DNA of 64,000 bases from Malacoraja senta (lineage: Eukaryota), in contig CM075988.1 in assembly GCA_038087875.1 (NCBI GenBank), positions 13,704,001 to 13,768,000 of the forward strand. The letters are read 5' to 3'. The notes below the pieces were generated by a model. The model was not told where the DNA came from. It searched no databases and was given only the letters and a program-made list of their open reading frames with translations. Shown piece by piece: positions 1 to 13,054 of the stretch. A program made the translations under genes and the position numbers. Each line of letters starts with the position of its first letter. Within the stretch, counting starts at the first letter, position 1.

Positions 1-994
1 ATTTCCATAAATGTTTGGAGCTGTTGGTTTGTAGGACTATGGGAGTGTGGATCTATTGGACAAGTAGTACTGTTAGATGCTCACTATATTGCTAATGGGG
101 TTCAGGTTCCATGGAATTATGGTACAGTTTGTTTTCTCTGGGATATTGTTTGTGGGGATCTTTTCTGAGCCTGTGGGTAACACAGTGTTTCTTTTTGCTC
201 ACTTTAGTTCTCGTCAGGGTACAGTTCCATAAAATATCTCATTAGTGGAAACACAGGCGATTACAGATGCTGCAATCTGGACCAAAAAAAAAGTTGTCTG
301 GAAGAACTGAGGGTCCAGCAGCATCTGGGATGTTCAGCATCAGAACAGGTGTTTATCAAGGGAAGATAGTCAGTAAATTAACGTAAGAGAGGGGGAGGGA
401 GAGCTGGTAGATGATAGGTGGAACCCGATGGGCTCGTGTGGGGGAGTGGGGTGAGATGGGCAAAATAGGGTCAAGTGAGGGATAAGGTGGGAGGAATGTT
501 GTAACAGAGGCTGGTAGGTTATTGATGGAGCCAGAAAAATAAAGGTTGAAGGATAATCCTTCTCTTGAATCATGCTTAATTGTCTCAAGAGTTGATGATT
601 TCTTAAATTGGCTGCTAAAAATTTCCCTTTGGGTCTCATCCTCCATTAGATAGCCGATATTGATATTTTAGAGCAATACAGCGTCTCAGATAGTTGAGCA
701 ACTGCTTCACAGTGCAAGTGACTCGAGTTCAATCTGGGCCTTCAGTGCTGTCTGTGTGGAGTTTGCATGTTCACCCTTTGACTGCATGAATATCCTCCAG
801 GTGTTCCAGTTTCCTCCCAATACCCCAAAGCATGGAGATAGGTAGGTTAGTTGTCCATTATAAATTGCCCCTAGTGTGCAAGTGAGTGGTAGAATCTTGT
901 GGAGTTGATGAGGATGTAGGAAGAATAACATAACGTACACAAAAATGCTGGAGAAACTCAGCGGGTGCAGCAGCATCTATGGAGCGAAGGAAAT

Positions 995-1030
995 AGGCAA
1001 CGTTTCGGGCCGAAACCCTTCTTCAGACTG
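995..1030 (-). ncRNA. Minimal hammerhead-ribozyme-like motif in the Penelope pLTR
   Basis: Minus strand reads cagt-CUGAAGA-A-GGGU(UUCG)GCCC-GAAAC-GUU, giving the core boxes, stem II and a palindromic AACGUU stem III. Confidence 0.6.
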
Positions 1031-1135
1031 ATGGGGGTGGGGAGAAGAAAGGAAAAAAGGCGGAGGAGGAGCCCGAGGGCTGGGGGATGGGAGGAGACAA
1101 CCAGAAGGCTGATGAAGGGGAGGGGACAGCAAGGG

Positions 1136-1702
1136 CTAGCAGAGTTGGGAGAATTCAATGTTCATGCCCCCAGGATGTAGACTGCCCAAGCGGAATATGA
1201 GGTGCATTTCCTCCAATTTCCGGTGTTGCTCGCTGTGGCCATGGAGGAGACCCAGGACAGAGAGGTCATATACGGAATGGGAGGGGGAGTTGAAGTGCTG
1301 AGCCACCGGGAGGTCAGGTAGGATAATGCGGACCGACCGGAGGTGTTCGGCGAAACGATCGCCAAGCCTCCGCTTGATCTCACCGATGTAGATCAGCTGA
1401 CATCTAGAGCAGCGGATGCAATAGATGAGGTTGGAGGAGATGCAGGTGAACCTCTGTCGCACCTGGAACGACTGCTTGGGTCCTTGAATGGAATCGAGGG
1501 GGGAGGTGAAGGGACAAGTGTTGCATCTCTTGCGGTTGCAAGGGAAAGTACCCGGGGAGGGGGTGGTACAGGAGGGAAGGGAAGAATTGACAAGGGAGTT
1601 ACGGAGGGAGCGGTCTTTGCGGTAGGCAGACATGGGGGGAGATGGGAAGATGTGGCGAGTGGTGGGGTCACGTTGGAGGTGGCGAAACTGACGGAGGATC
1701 AC
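1136..1702 (-). pseudogene. Penelope GIY-YIG endonuclease domain
   Basis: Zn-finger-like CNRKRCNTC followed by NLIYCIRCSRCQLIYIGE..RRLGDRFAEH. The upstream frame is disrupted. Confidence 0.9.
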
Positions 1703-3175
1703 TTGTATGTGATGGCTGGTGGGATGAAAGGTGAAGACTAGGGGGACTCTGCCCTTGTTGTGAGTGGGGGGATGGGGAGAGAGAGCAGTGTTGCGGGGTA
1801 TGGCAGAGACCCTGGTGCGAGCCTCATCTATGGTGGAGGAGGGGAACCCCCGTTCCCTGAAGAATTAGGACATTTCGGATGCCCTGGTGTGGAACGCCTC
1901 ATCCTGGGAGCAGATGCGGCGTAGACGGAGGTATTGAGAGTGGGGGATGGAGTCCTTACAGGAAGCAGGGTGGGAAGAAGTGTACTCCAGATTGGCAACA
2001 GTAGGAATTAAAATACGGGAAGAATAACATAGATCAGGGGAGGATTAGCATTAATGAAGGGTGTTTGTAGATCCGCATGCTCTAGGTGGCCTGAAGGTCC
2101 TGCTTCTGTCTTGCATGACTTTATCTCTCTATAACTTCATAATGATGAGCACTGATAAATGAAATGATCTTTTTACATCCTTTCTCTATGTCTCATGGAA
2201 ATAAATATTATAGTTTACAACTAGTTCATAGATCAGAAATGGTACCTATAATTTTAGCATAGTCACTGTATTCTACAAATCACAGCCTAAACCAGAGAAA
2301 ATGGTAAATCTGTCACTTGGCATTTAAATCCTCTTCTCAAATGGGCCTTAATTGCACACGTTTGGCATTTTACAAAGAGCTGTAATGTTGTTAGCAACCT
2401 AGCCACCTCTAATTATTGATAATTATTGGTTTACTATTTAGTTATATAATTTGCAAAATTAAATTGCATCTTAAAATGTGAATCAGCAGAGATGAAATCA
2501 AAGTGTATTTTGCAGCCAAAAAAATCAGCTGGTTTCTAGTGCGATGTATAAAAAGCAACAAAATAAATAACGGAGTCAGCAATCAGAGAAGCTTCAAACT
2601 GAGAAATAACACACCATGGTAAATGCATACGGCTCATCGCCAACGAAGGATTGTTTAGTAATGCTTCATGAGTTACCTGAAGTTGTGCTGAAAATAGAGG
2701 CAAGTGTAGGTTTTCCTTCAATCTCCAGCTGACTGTAACAATAACCAGGTACCTGGCTTTGGGAAATGGACCAAAGATCCGTAGTCTGTGGTCACATGCA
2801 TTCCACTTCCCTGCATCATTCCGTATGGCTGTCAAAACATGGGTGCACACAAACCAGTAATTATGTGATAGTGATATAGACTCCATTTTTGCTTTCTGTT
2901 CTGTGATGCAGCAGTCTGTCAGGTACTAAGGAGAACGTGAGAAAGTAATTTAAGGAATCAATGTTAAAGATTAATGCCATTTATCCCGTATTTTAATTCC
3001 TACTGTTGCCAATTAAATTGTTTCCGATGAGATCAGCATCACGTTTGAGCAGACGCAAATGACATTCCCATTGCGAGTATCCCTTCACAAGAGCACAAGA
3101 AAATAAATGCAGGAGTTGGCCACTCAGGCCCTCAAGCCTGCCTCTGCATTCAGTAAAATCATGGGTGATCTTTGG

Positions 3176-3482
3176 GGTGACACAGTGGTGCAACAGTAGA
3201 GTTGCTGCCTTACAGTGCCAGAGACCTCCGTTCGATCTATGGGTGCTGTTTGTGCGGAGTTTGTACATTCTCCCTGTGACTGCATGGGTTTTCTCTCGGT
3301 GCTCCACTTTCCTCCCACACGACAAAGACGTACAGGTTTGTAGGTTAATTGGCTTTGGTAAAATAATTGTAAATTGACCCTAGTGTATGGTGTGTGTTAG
3401 TGTACAGGGTGATTGCTGTCTGGCATGGACTCAGTGGGCCGAAGGGCTTGTTTCCAAGCTATATATCTAGTCTGAAGTCTAA
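3176..3482 (+). mobile_element. V-SINE (HE1-like)
   Basis: tRNA-like head (box-B-like gttcgatc), V-domain and CR1-like tail gggccgaagggcttgtttcc. Confidence 0.85.
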
Positions 3483-4354
3483 TCTACACAGGCCTTAACT
3501 TCTCTTCTGTGTCAGTTCCATGCAACTATCAACTTTTCAAACTTTCAAACACTTTATCCTATCCCCACCTTCCCTGATTCTGACACCATTTCTTTCATCC
3601 TATCTTTCTTTCGATGGGTGTGTTGGTTGGAGATTTGAAGCTTCTCTCAGTAATAATGAAGTCTGATTTTTTTTTTAGTTGTAGCGGTGATCCATTAGTT
3701 TAATTAGACTGACTGCAGAAAATATTTGTGAGACCACTTTACTTTAATGGTTATAATTCACTCTGCACTTTTGCATAAGTTCCTGAGGACCACCTTCCTC
3801 GTTAAGTTAAAATTGAATGGCAGGCATCCAAATGAAAGATCATATCTTTTTTTAAACAAAAATATCAATTCACAGCAATTGGAATGTTTTTATTTAAGAT
3901 GAATTTGCTGTGTTTTATGCTTTTCATTTCGTCTCCTATATACTGGGCGTCCAGTGTTAGACATAAAGCACCTGAATACCATTGACTCCTAAGCTAAATA
4001 TTTATCCAGGTTATGTTATTGCAAAATACTAGTGGTATTACCTGTAATTATATCCTACTGGCTCTCAGCCCACCACATGCTGACAGGATACGTCTCTTTG
4101 CAATATTATTAGCAGAGAGCACAAGCCTGAAAGATATTTATGTTCTTAAAAGGATTTGGGTCTTCTTTGGACTTTTGCTGTTAATTTTAAATACCTGGAA
4201 ATAAGAAAAGATAACTCGAGTTTACCCTTTTTTACACAGTTTAATTTGGAGCATATTATCTTCCAAAATAGTTTTTCTTAAAGGTTTACCGTTACTTATT
4301 TTATTACAGTCATTTAGGATAATGTTATTTCAATTGTTAGATGGATTCCAATTT

Positions 4355-5150
4355 TCGTGAAGCTGTATTTGGAGTATTGCATGCAGTTTTGGTCGCCCCA
4401 TGACAATAGACAATAGACCTACGTGGAGGAGTAGGCCATTGGGCCTTTCAAGCCAGCACCGCCATTCAATGTGATCATGACTGATCATCCACAATCAGTA
4501 CCCCGTTCCTACCTTCTCCCCATATCCCCTCACTCCGCTATCTTCAAGAGCCCTACCTAGCTCTCTCTGGAAAGTATCCAGAGAACCTGCCTCCACCGCC
4601 ATCTGAGGCAGAGAATTCAACAGACTCACAACTCTCTGTGTGAAAAAGTGTTTCCTCATCTCCGTTCTAAATGGCTTAACCCTTATTCTTAAACTGTGGA
4701 CCCTGGCCGCTGACAGTAAGGATGTGGAGGCTTTGGAGAGGATGCAGAAGTGGTTTCCCAGATTTATCCTTATCATTATAAGGAGAGGTTGAACAAACTT
4801 GGATTGTTTTCTCTGGAGCATCAAAGGTTGAGGGGAGGCTTGATAGATATATAGAAGTATGAGAGGCAAAGAAACATTTTTGAGGGTGAAAATATCAAAG
4901 TCTAGAGGCCATAGCCTTAAGGTCAGACAGGAAAAAGAGATGTAGAGGATGTTTTTTTACACAGAGAATGGTGAATGCCTAGAATGTGCTGCCAAGGGTG
5001 GTGGTGGAAGTAGATACAATAGTGGCATTTAAGAGGCTTTTAGACAGGCACAGGCAGGGATGTGGATCACATGCAGGCAGAGGAGATTAATTTAACTTGG
5101 AATCATGTTTGGCACAGATGTTGTGGGCCTGTGCTGTACTGTTTAATGTT
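4355..5150 (+). mobile_element. Old CR1 LINE 3' fragment interrupted by a younger antisense CR1 tail (4406-4710)
   Basis: The coding remnant LEYCMQFWSP continues as KDVEALERMQK after 4711. tgaca is duplicated at 4401-4405 and 4711-4715. Confidence 0.75.
4406..4710 (-). mobile_element. CR1 LINE 3' end fragment
   Basis: Minus-strand peptide FRTEMRKHFFTQRVV...GVRGYGEKVGTGY, with a (tctattg)n-type tail. Confidence 0.85.
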
Positions 5151-5264
5151 GTATTTAAATGTTATTTGTTGGGTATTCTTCTATGTAACCTTTATTTAAT
5201 TTTGTGTCCTCATGCATTGTATACTTCCACCAACAGAAAGATTTAGCAGAACGTCTATTAAGAT

Positions 5265-5645
5265 CACATAGATCACATAGAACATAAATCAGTACAGCAC
5301 AGAATCGACCTTTCAGCCCACGATGTTTGTGCCGAATGCGATGTCAAGTTGAACTGATCTCATCCGCCTGTACATAATCCATATCCCTCTATTCTATCCA
5401 CTTTCACGTACCTATCCAAAAGCCTATTATTAGCCACTATTGTATCTGCCTCCACTACCATTCATGGCAGTGCGTTCCAGGCCCCCACCACTCTGTGTAA
5501 AAATAAATCCTCATATTCCCATTAAACTTTCCTCCTCTCACCTTAGAGCTATGCCTTCTAGTGTTGGACATGTCTACCTTGGGGAAAGGGTTCTGATGAT
5601 CTACTGTATCTATGCATCTCATAATTTTATACACTTCGATCAAGG
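5265..5645 (-). mobile_element. Degraded CR1 3' fragment
   Basis: Peptide IEVYKIMRCIDTVD...NTRRHSSKVRGGKF and CR1 3'UTR text. Confidence 0.7.
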
Positions 5646-7276
5646 TCCGAAGTTCCAGAGAAATGACCTGCTGCTTGGTTCAGGGTGTGGTGTGGCTCAG
5701 GGACATGGTGTTACTTCCGTAACCCCTTCTTGCCAGAAACCCCTCTTCCATCTCTCCCAACCACTGACAGCACCACGGAGATAAGGAGATGTCATTAGAC
5801 AGATTATCGGAAAAGGAAACTGGTGTCCAATCCATTCTTAACACTATCATTGCCACAGTCTGTCCATGGGATGCCAATATTGCACATAAGCCCTTCTATA
5901 ATAAAGACTAACTTAACAGAAGTTTGGATGGTGCTTTAGTTTCTGGTTGTCCTTCACCAAGATACCTATTCCCACACGATAAAAGAGCGATGGTTGACAA
6001 GTCTACTTGAGGCAACTCAAGAGATTGTAGGTGCCGGAATCTGGAGCAACAATAAGTCTGTGGAGGAAGTGAATGGATCATGCAGCAACTGGGAGGGGGA
6101 GCTGTGCGCATTGGTCCACCATCCCCTTCACTGATATGACTTGAGCTGCTGATGTCTACTTTTAGTTCTGGCTCGCAGCATCCTATTTGAAATGAGCTTG
6201 GTGTTTCTCAGCCCATTTCCTTGTGAATGTGTGTTTTCAGCAAAAATCTAATTGAGATAGAATGCTAGGAGGATTGGGAATACATATTTTGCAGAATGTT
6301 GAAACATAAAGACTACTTGAACAAATGCACCCTATGTTCTCGGCTAGTTTAATCTTGGCAATAAAATAGGAATATTGATTTCGTGGGTTAATAATATAAA
6401 AGTGTAAGTAGCCCGCTTGCTGATCATCTGTCAGAGACAAACTTGTATAAGAATGCTGTGTCTTTCCCTCGCAAGATATTCTCATGTTAGTTGCATTTAA
6501 TAAATTATCTCATTAGTATTTAAAACCTCCATCCACTGTGCAAGACCAGCAGCATTAATTCAAGTTTTCAGCTGCCAATGTGTATTTTGTAAATTTATTC
6601 TTAGTTTGCAACTGCTTTTTTCATTATTTTGCAGTATCATTCCAATACCTTTATTTAAGACTTGCATTTCTGTCGTAGTTTTCGTAACTTCAAATGTCCT
6701 AAATTGTATTACAGCCAATTGCTTTTACAATAGGGTCACAATTATAACAAAGGAAATGCCTTAGTTGATGTATACATTGGTAGAGTCTACTTACAGTAAT
6801 TAGATAATGGCTAAAAGATCTATTTAAGAAGTGAGCATGCTGCAAAAAAAGAAGGGTCTCAACCCAAAACCTCACCCATTCCTTCTCTCCAGAGATGTTG
6901 CTTGTCCCACTGAGTTACTCCAGCATTTTGTGTCTATCTTCTAAAAAGTGTTGGCTAAATGATAAATATTGGTCAGACCAACCAGGGTTTGACCACAAAT
7001 ATCAAAACAGAAGTCTCATATTCATTACATACCCTAGAGAGTATCACACTTAACAACATCTCTACTCTGCATTAAAACATTTGCTTGGACTGATTCACTC
7101 CAGTTTCTGTAATGGGACTTGCTCCCTCAACCTTCTGATGCAAAGGAGAGAGTGCTATTCATTGAACCAGAGCTGATTATTTAAGTGGAGACACAAGGAA
7201 TTGCAGATGCTGGTTTACAAAAAACCCCACAAAGTACTGGAGTTACACCTGCCTGACCCATTGAGTTACTTTGTGT

Positions 7277-7390
7277 TAAAGAAGGAACTGCAGATGCTGG
7301 AAAATCGAAGGTACACAAAAATGCTGGAGAAAATCAGCGGGTGCAGCAGCATCTATGGAGCGAAGGAAATAGGCAACGTTTCGGGCCGAC
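7277..7390 (-). mobile_element. Penelope-tail micro-insertion nested in an older copy
   Basis: Nearly identical to 933-1012. An 11-bp TSD ttactttgtgt lies at 7266-7276 and 7391-7401. Confidence 0.8.
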
Positions 7391-8482
7391 TTACTTTGTG
7401 TCTTTGATTATTGAACTATTCTGTTGTATGATTAGCCAGAGCAAACCAGTGGGAGATGGTTATCAGATTCACAGACCCTGGAGCAGTGTGTCCACTGCTA
7501 CCAATATATATTGCTGATTATTCCAGAAGCCTGAATCATTGAGTACATAGTTAAATGTGAAATTACTTTATTCTGCAGGTAATCAGAAAGTAATGAACTA
7601 ATTTCAAACACCAGATTGTGTCAGAGATTCCTGATAATATTACTTTCTTTCTTTCAGGGGGGATCAGTAAGGCCAATATGAATTGCCTCTCGCTCCTGAG
7701 AAAGTGGTGCTAGATCATCTTATTGAACAAATGTGGTCTTTCTAAAGATTGAAATGTAGAAACAAAGGCCTGCAGATGCTGGTTAATACACAAAAGAACA
7801 CCCAAGTGCTGCAGTACCTCAGTGGGCCAGGAAGCAACCCTGGAGAACATGGATGGGAAACGTCACATATCCATGTTCTCCAGTGATGCTGCCTGACCCG
7901 TTGAGTTAGTCAAGCACTTTGTGTTCTTTTAATGATTGTCTGTTCACAAACACAATGATGATGATGAAGGAATGATGATATGTTTCCAAGTAGAGTCATA
8001 GAGTGATACAGCATGGAAACATGTTAAATGTGGTATGTTAAAGGTAGAGGTAGCTAAAGGTAGCATGTTACTGAGAGGTAGAGTTTGCAAGTTTGGGAAG
8101 TGGTGTTGTAATGGGGAAATACAACTCTGGCACAAACTACTGACAGAGGTAATACAGTAAATAGTTATGGAGAAGCTTTACTTATTCAGTGTCAAACATC
8201 CTTGCATAATTGTGAACTGTGCTTTGCAGATGGTGGACAGGCTTTAGTGTGAGAAGGTGAGTCACTTGCTACTCCCGACTCTCTTGAAGCAACACAAGAG
8301 ATTGTATCACCTCAAATACACTCTGCAAGTGACTCTCCTCGACACATCCCAAAGCCAGTCCACTGTCTGCAAGGCACAGCTCAGAAGTATTGTAGGTGTA
8401 TATAAATTATATCGTATCGTATCGTACAATATTCAGGTAGCTAGGGCGGTTGAGCTTCTGGTCAGTGGTAAACCACAGAATA

Positions 8483-9182
8483 TTGAATTGAATTGAATAC
8501 ATTTTATTAGCCAAGTATGTATTAAATACAAGGAATTTGCCTTGGTGCTTTGCTCGCAAATAACAACACGACATACAGTAAACAATTAAGAATAAAACAT
8601 AATAATTTAAACATGTGAAGAATGAAATAAAATACCAGAGCAAAAGGAGGCTACAGATTTTTGGTTGTTGAGTAGAGCTACTGCTCGTGGAAAAAAGCTG
8701 TTTTTATGTCTGGCTGTGGCGGCTTTGACAGTCTGGAGTCGCCTTCCAAAGGGAAGTGCTTCAAAGAGTTTGTGGCCAAGGGTGAGAGGGGTCAGAGATG
8801 ATCTTACCCATTCACTTCCTGGCCCTTGCAGTGTTCAGTTCGTCGATGGGGGGAAGGTTGCAGCCAACAACCTTCTTGGCTGATCGAACGATGCGCTGCA
8901 GTCTCCGGATTGTGTTTTCTCAGCTATCACAGGAAGTACATCCTCTGTTGGGACTTTTTGACTGTGGAGTCGATAGTGGCCTCCCATTTAAGGTCCCTGG
9001 AGATGATGGTTCCAAGGAACTTAAATGACTCCACAGATGTGACTGTGGTGTTGATGATGAGTGGGGGGAAGGTAGGGGGAGCCCTCCTAAAGTCTACAAT
9101 CAATTCCACTGTCTTAAGAGCATTGAGCTCCAGGTTGTTGCGATGGCACCAGGACGTCAGCTGTGTCACTTCCTGTCTGTAT
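8483..9182 (-). mobile_element. Rex1/Babar-type LINE 3' fragment inserted in an old CR1-like remnant (~8160-9560)
   Basis: Peptide WCHRNNLELNALKTVELIVDFRR...SFKFLGTIISRDLKW is homologous to the 969-aa ORF. There is a (ttcaa)n tail. Confidence 0.8.
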
Positions 9183-10534
9183 GATGGGATGAATTTGGCA
9201 ATGGCAATGCCATTGAATAGAAAGGGTAAATGTTTAACTTCATTCTCATTGATGATGCTAACTGCCTGGTACAATTGTATCTTTGCTTTCACACTTATCA
9301 TTCCATGTATGAATGTTGTTTAGATCTTGCTGCGTGCAGGAATGGGTTGCTTCATTAGCTGAGGAATTATAAATGGAATGGAAAATGGTGCAATCATCAG
9401 CAAATATCTTCTCTTCTGACCTTGTGTGGGCAGTTGAAAATGGTTGTGCCTAGCACAATGCCCTGAGGAATTCCATGGAACAATTGAGGTGTTTCTACTT
9501 TGATGCCCAGTGGCTTCAGTTTTAATGAGACGTGGCATTGCCACATTCAGTCAAATGCTGTCTTGATGTCAATGGCAGTAACTATCACCACTACAGCACT
9601 TGGTTCCATATCTGGATCTGATCCATTGGCCAGGAGCCCACTTTGCACTGGCCATTGCATGTTGTTTTCACAGATTAGCACTAGGTAGCTTCTGCAAAAA
9701 AACATCTCATCTTTAGCTATGCACAGTGTTGCTCTTTTGCGCTCTTCACTGAATCTGTTTTGATTCCCTGGCTTTAGTGTCAATGGTGGTGTAAGGGATA
9801 TGCCAGGTCATGACTTTACAGATTGTGATGCTGTTCATTTCCACTAAAGCTGATGGTCCTTGGTGCCTCAAGGATGCTCAGCTTTCAGGAACCACATCTG
9901 TTCTGAATTTGTCCCATCTAGCACTACAAATGAGGGAAATTGGTCTTACCACACAATGTAACAGATGGTACCTCTGGTGTAAAAACTTAGTGAATATTAG
10001 TTTTGTTCTTGATCTACAGTATATGTTTTTTAAATATCGATTGAACAAATTGAGCTTGTTATTTACCTAAATCTGCACAGTACCGTGAGGGAAAAGGGGG
10101 GGGGGGGGTGAAAGAGAGAGATAGAAAATAAATTATAGTTGCAAAAACCCCCACAAAAATGCTGGAATGTCTTTTCAAACAGAAACATTTACTCGATTCG
10201 ACATTTACTCATTCAAAACTGCTGAACATTACCAGAATTTATGGTGCTCGTTTTATTTTTCCAGTATTTGTAGTTTTAATTTTGATTTTCAATTAACTTA
10301 AAACAGTATCTACCATCACATTAATAGTTTGGATCATGCATTTCAACTATAAAGTATTATATTGAAATGTGGTCATTGTTTCAAAGAAGAAAATGCATTG
10401 AGCAATTGGCAAAACAGCCCTATAATAAAGTGTTCATTGTTGGTTGTTGGTTGAAATTTGCCCAAAGTATCCTACAAAACTCCTCTGCTCTTCAAAGCAA
10501 GAACATACCAACATACATCTTTAAGAAGGAAATG

Positions 10535-10765
10535 GATTCACTCAGAGGGTGGTGGGTATATGGAATAAGCTGCCAGCAGAGATAGTTGAGGCATATACAG
10601 TAACAGCATTTAAGACATTTGGGCAGGTATATAGATAGGAAAGTTTGAGAGGGGTATTTCCAAATGCAGGCAAATGGGATGAGCATAGGTGGACCATGTT
10701 GGTTGGCATGGCCGAGTTGGGCAGAAGGGCCTGTTTCCATGCCGTATGGCTCTATAACTCTACGA
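10535..10765 (+). mobile_element. CR1 3' end fragment
   Basis: cagagggtggtgggtatatggaataagctgcc...gggcagaagggcctgtttcc. Confidence 0.75.
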
Positions 10766-10849
10766 CCAAGTGGTAGAGTAATTTATTTTCGATAATAATC
10801 CAGCTACAACTGCCAAATAAAGTTTACCCAGAACATATATTATCTGAAG

Positions 10850-11060
10850 GTAGACAAAAATGCTGGAGAAACTCAGTGGGTGAGGCAGCATCTATGGAGT
10901 GAAGGAAATAGGCGAAGTTTCGGTTCGAGACCAGTCTGAAGAAGGGTCTCGACCCGAAACGTCACCTATTTCCTTCGCTCCATAGATGCTGCCTCACCCA
11001 CTGAGTTTCTCCAGCATTTTTGTCTACCTTTGATTTTCCAGCATCTGCAGTTCCTTCTTA
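10850..11060. mobile_element. Penelope-derived fold-back palindrome with a hammerhead-like core
   Basis: About 80-bp inverted arms surround ctgaagaagggtctcgacccgaaacgtc. An 18-bp TSD aacatatattatctgaag lies at 10832-10849 and 11061-11078. Confidence 0.85.
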
Positions 11061-12138
11061 AACATATATTATCTGAAGATCATTTGTTCCAATTTTCCTT
11101 ATGATTTCAGGAAACATAGTTACGGAAAAATAAATCACAGTGACTATTTTTTGAGTGCACTTCAAGCTAATAAGTTGTAACATCATCTACCAATTGCCTT
11201 GTGCTGACATAATTAGTGTAAATCATGGCAGGATAGGAAATATATGCACATGACCATTCATCTGGGGAGAAGCAAGGTCGTTTTTGGAAAACAAAACCTA
11301 TTTTCCTTCTCTTTGGATTGCAAACCAGTTGTAATGAATTTTTGAACATTTGATTCATCCTCATTGAATAAGGATGTGAACATGTTAAGGTGAATGCAAT
11401 CCAGGTATTTAAGGAATAAATGCAGCAGTTACCTTTGAAGCTTGAGGCCAGGTTTACATTGCATTTGGGAAAAGAGAAAAATGATTCTCCTAATCTACAA
11501 CAATGCAGCTGCACATTTTCAAGTGACAAAGAATTGCATGGTGTGACAGATGGCTGAGGTATAAACAATGCGGATCCAAGCTGCTTGATGAATATGCCAT
11601 ACCCTTCATATAAATTCAATGTCGTGTCAGTAGGTTTATTATTTAATAACGCACAATTACAAACTATTACTCAAGACCGGGAGGCTTAACCTGACAATGA
11701 TTTAAGTCTGCAAATTACAAAAATAATCCAATAGATCTGAATTTGTAATGCATATTTGCGCTGCTGCAAATACTTCTTGAAATGTCACTCCACCGGAAAC
11801 CCAATCCTGTCACTCAAGGGATGTTAGAAAAATACAGGTTGTTTCATACAATGCAATTCTTTGTGTATTGTCTTTCAACTAACATGTAAACTGTCATTCA
11901 TGGTAGATTAAACAAAGGACTTAGCACTGTAAACAAGCGAAGGATTGTGCCTGCAATACTTTAAGTGATGCCACTTGTCGTTGGCATATTTTTTTCATTT
12001 CATGAGGGGGTATAATGACAAGATAGTACACGCAACTCGTATCCTACAGATGACAGTCTGACTCTCCCCCTGATTAAATTTTATCTCTGTATGCTTTGTT
12101 GTCACTCTCACCTAGCTAACAATGATCTATTCTACATG

Positions 12139-12272
12139 TTTAAGAAAGAACTGCAGATGCTGGAAAAATTGAAGGTAGACAAAAATGTTGGAGAAACTCA
12201 ACGGGTGAGGCAGCATCTATGGAGAGAAGGAATAGGCGACGTTTCGGGTCGAGACCCTTCTTCAGACTGAGG
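12139..12272 (-). mobile_element. Penelope-tail micro-insertion inside an older plus-strand pLTR (~12060-12465)
   Basis: A 13-bp TSD tctattctacatg lies at 12126-12138 and 12273-12285. The copy stops just beyond the hammerhead-like core. Confidence 0.8.
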
Positions 12273-13054
12273 TCTATTCTACATGGTCCTTTGTCCTCAT
12301 CTCCTTTGATGTCTCATTTTCACACCTTACCCCTCCTCATCTCTGTGTCTCCCTCTCCCCTGACTCTCAGTCTGAAGAAGGGACTTGACCTGAAATGTCT
12401 CCCATTCCTTCTCTCCAGAGATGCTGCCTGTCCTGCTGAGCTACTCCAGCATTTTGTGTCTATCCTAGGAATGATATTGGGCCAGATGTTGCGCATCTCA
12501 GTCAATGTCTTGCTTCTCTCCCCGGCATGGTCCCCATGGCTTCACTACCCTGTGGATCCAGATGAATAGACCATGATATCACAGACAAAATGGTGCAGTC
12601 AACAAACAACAATTATCCTCAGCTTGTAGATCCTACAACACAGCCACTGGATCTGTTGTGAAGGCCTTTTGAAAACTCCTGGTCTTGAAAGTTTTTCAGC
12701 TGCTTCTTAATGTCAAACATTTAAAAGTAGGTGAGATAATTAAGAAAATGAAGAACAAAAACATATAAAACAAATAAAAAACACATTACAAACATATTTA
12801 ACAAGATAAAATCCATGATACATATTCATGGTCACATCTTCAATCTGTGTCGACTTTTACGAGTCCTTCTCAGGTTACAGCAGGGTTCTGTTCTTGAGAC
12901 TGTTTGCAACCTGAACTGTTTGCAGTCGGAAATGCAGTTGTCCAGCAATACATTTAAATAAAAATTTAGTTTAACAGAGTGCAACGTGTGTTAAACCAAG
13001 CCATTTAATTCAACCATTCCATTCCTCTGCAAAATGCAATGAGCTTGCCACGTG

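Larger units (their letters stand above)
933..2017 (-). mobile_element. 5'-truncated Penelope-like retroelement (end of RT region, GIY-YIG endonuclease, pLTR tail)
   Basis: Minus-strand translation gives YTSSHPASCKDSIPHSQYLRLRRICS and the ORF at 1136-1702. A 14-bp TSD ggaagaataacata lies at 919-932 and 2018-2031. Confidence 0.9.
683..2130 (+). mobile_element. tRNA-derived V-SINE (HE1-like), split by a Penelope insertion at 933-2017
   Basis: V-domain-like text 'gtgctgtctgtgtggagtttgcatgttc...gtttcctcccaa' at ~745-820. The CR1-type tail resumes after 2031. Boundaries are approximate. Confidence 0.7.

Noticed and set aside
8927..9301. 124-aa ORF as a gene
   Set aside because: Chimera of an old CR1-like remnant and a Rex1 fragment.
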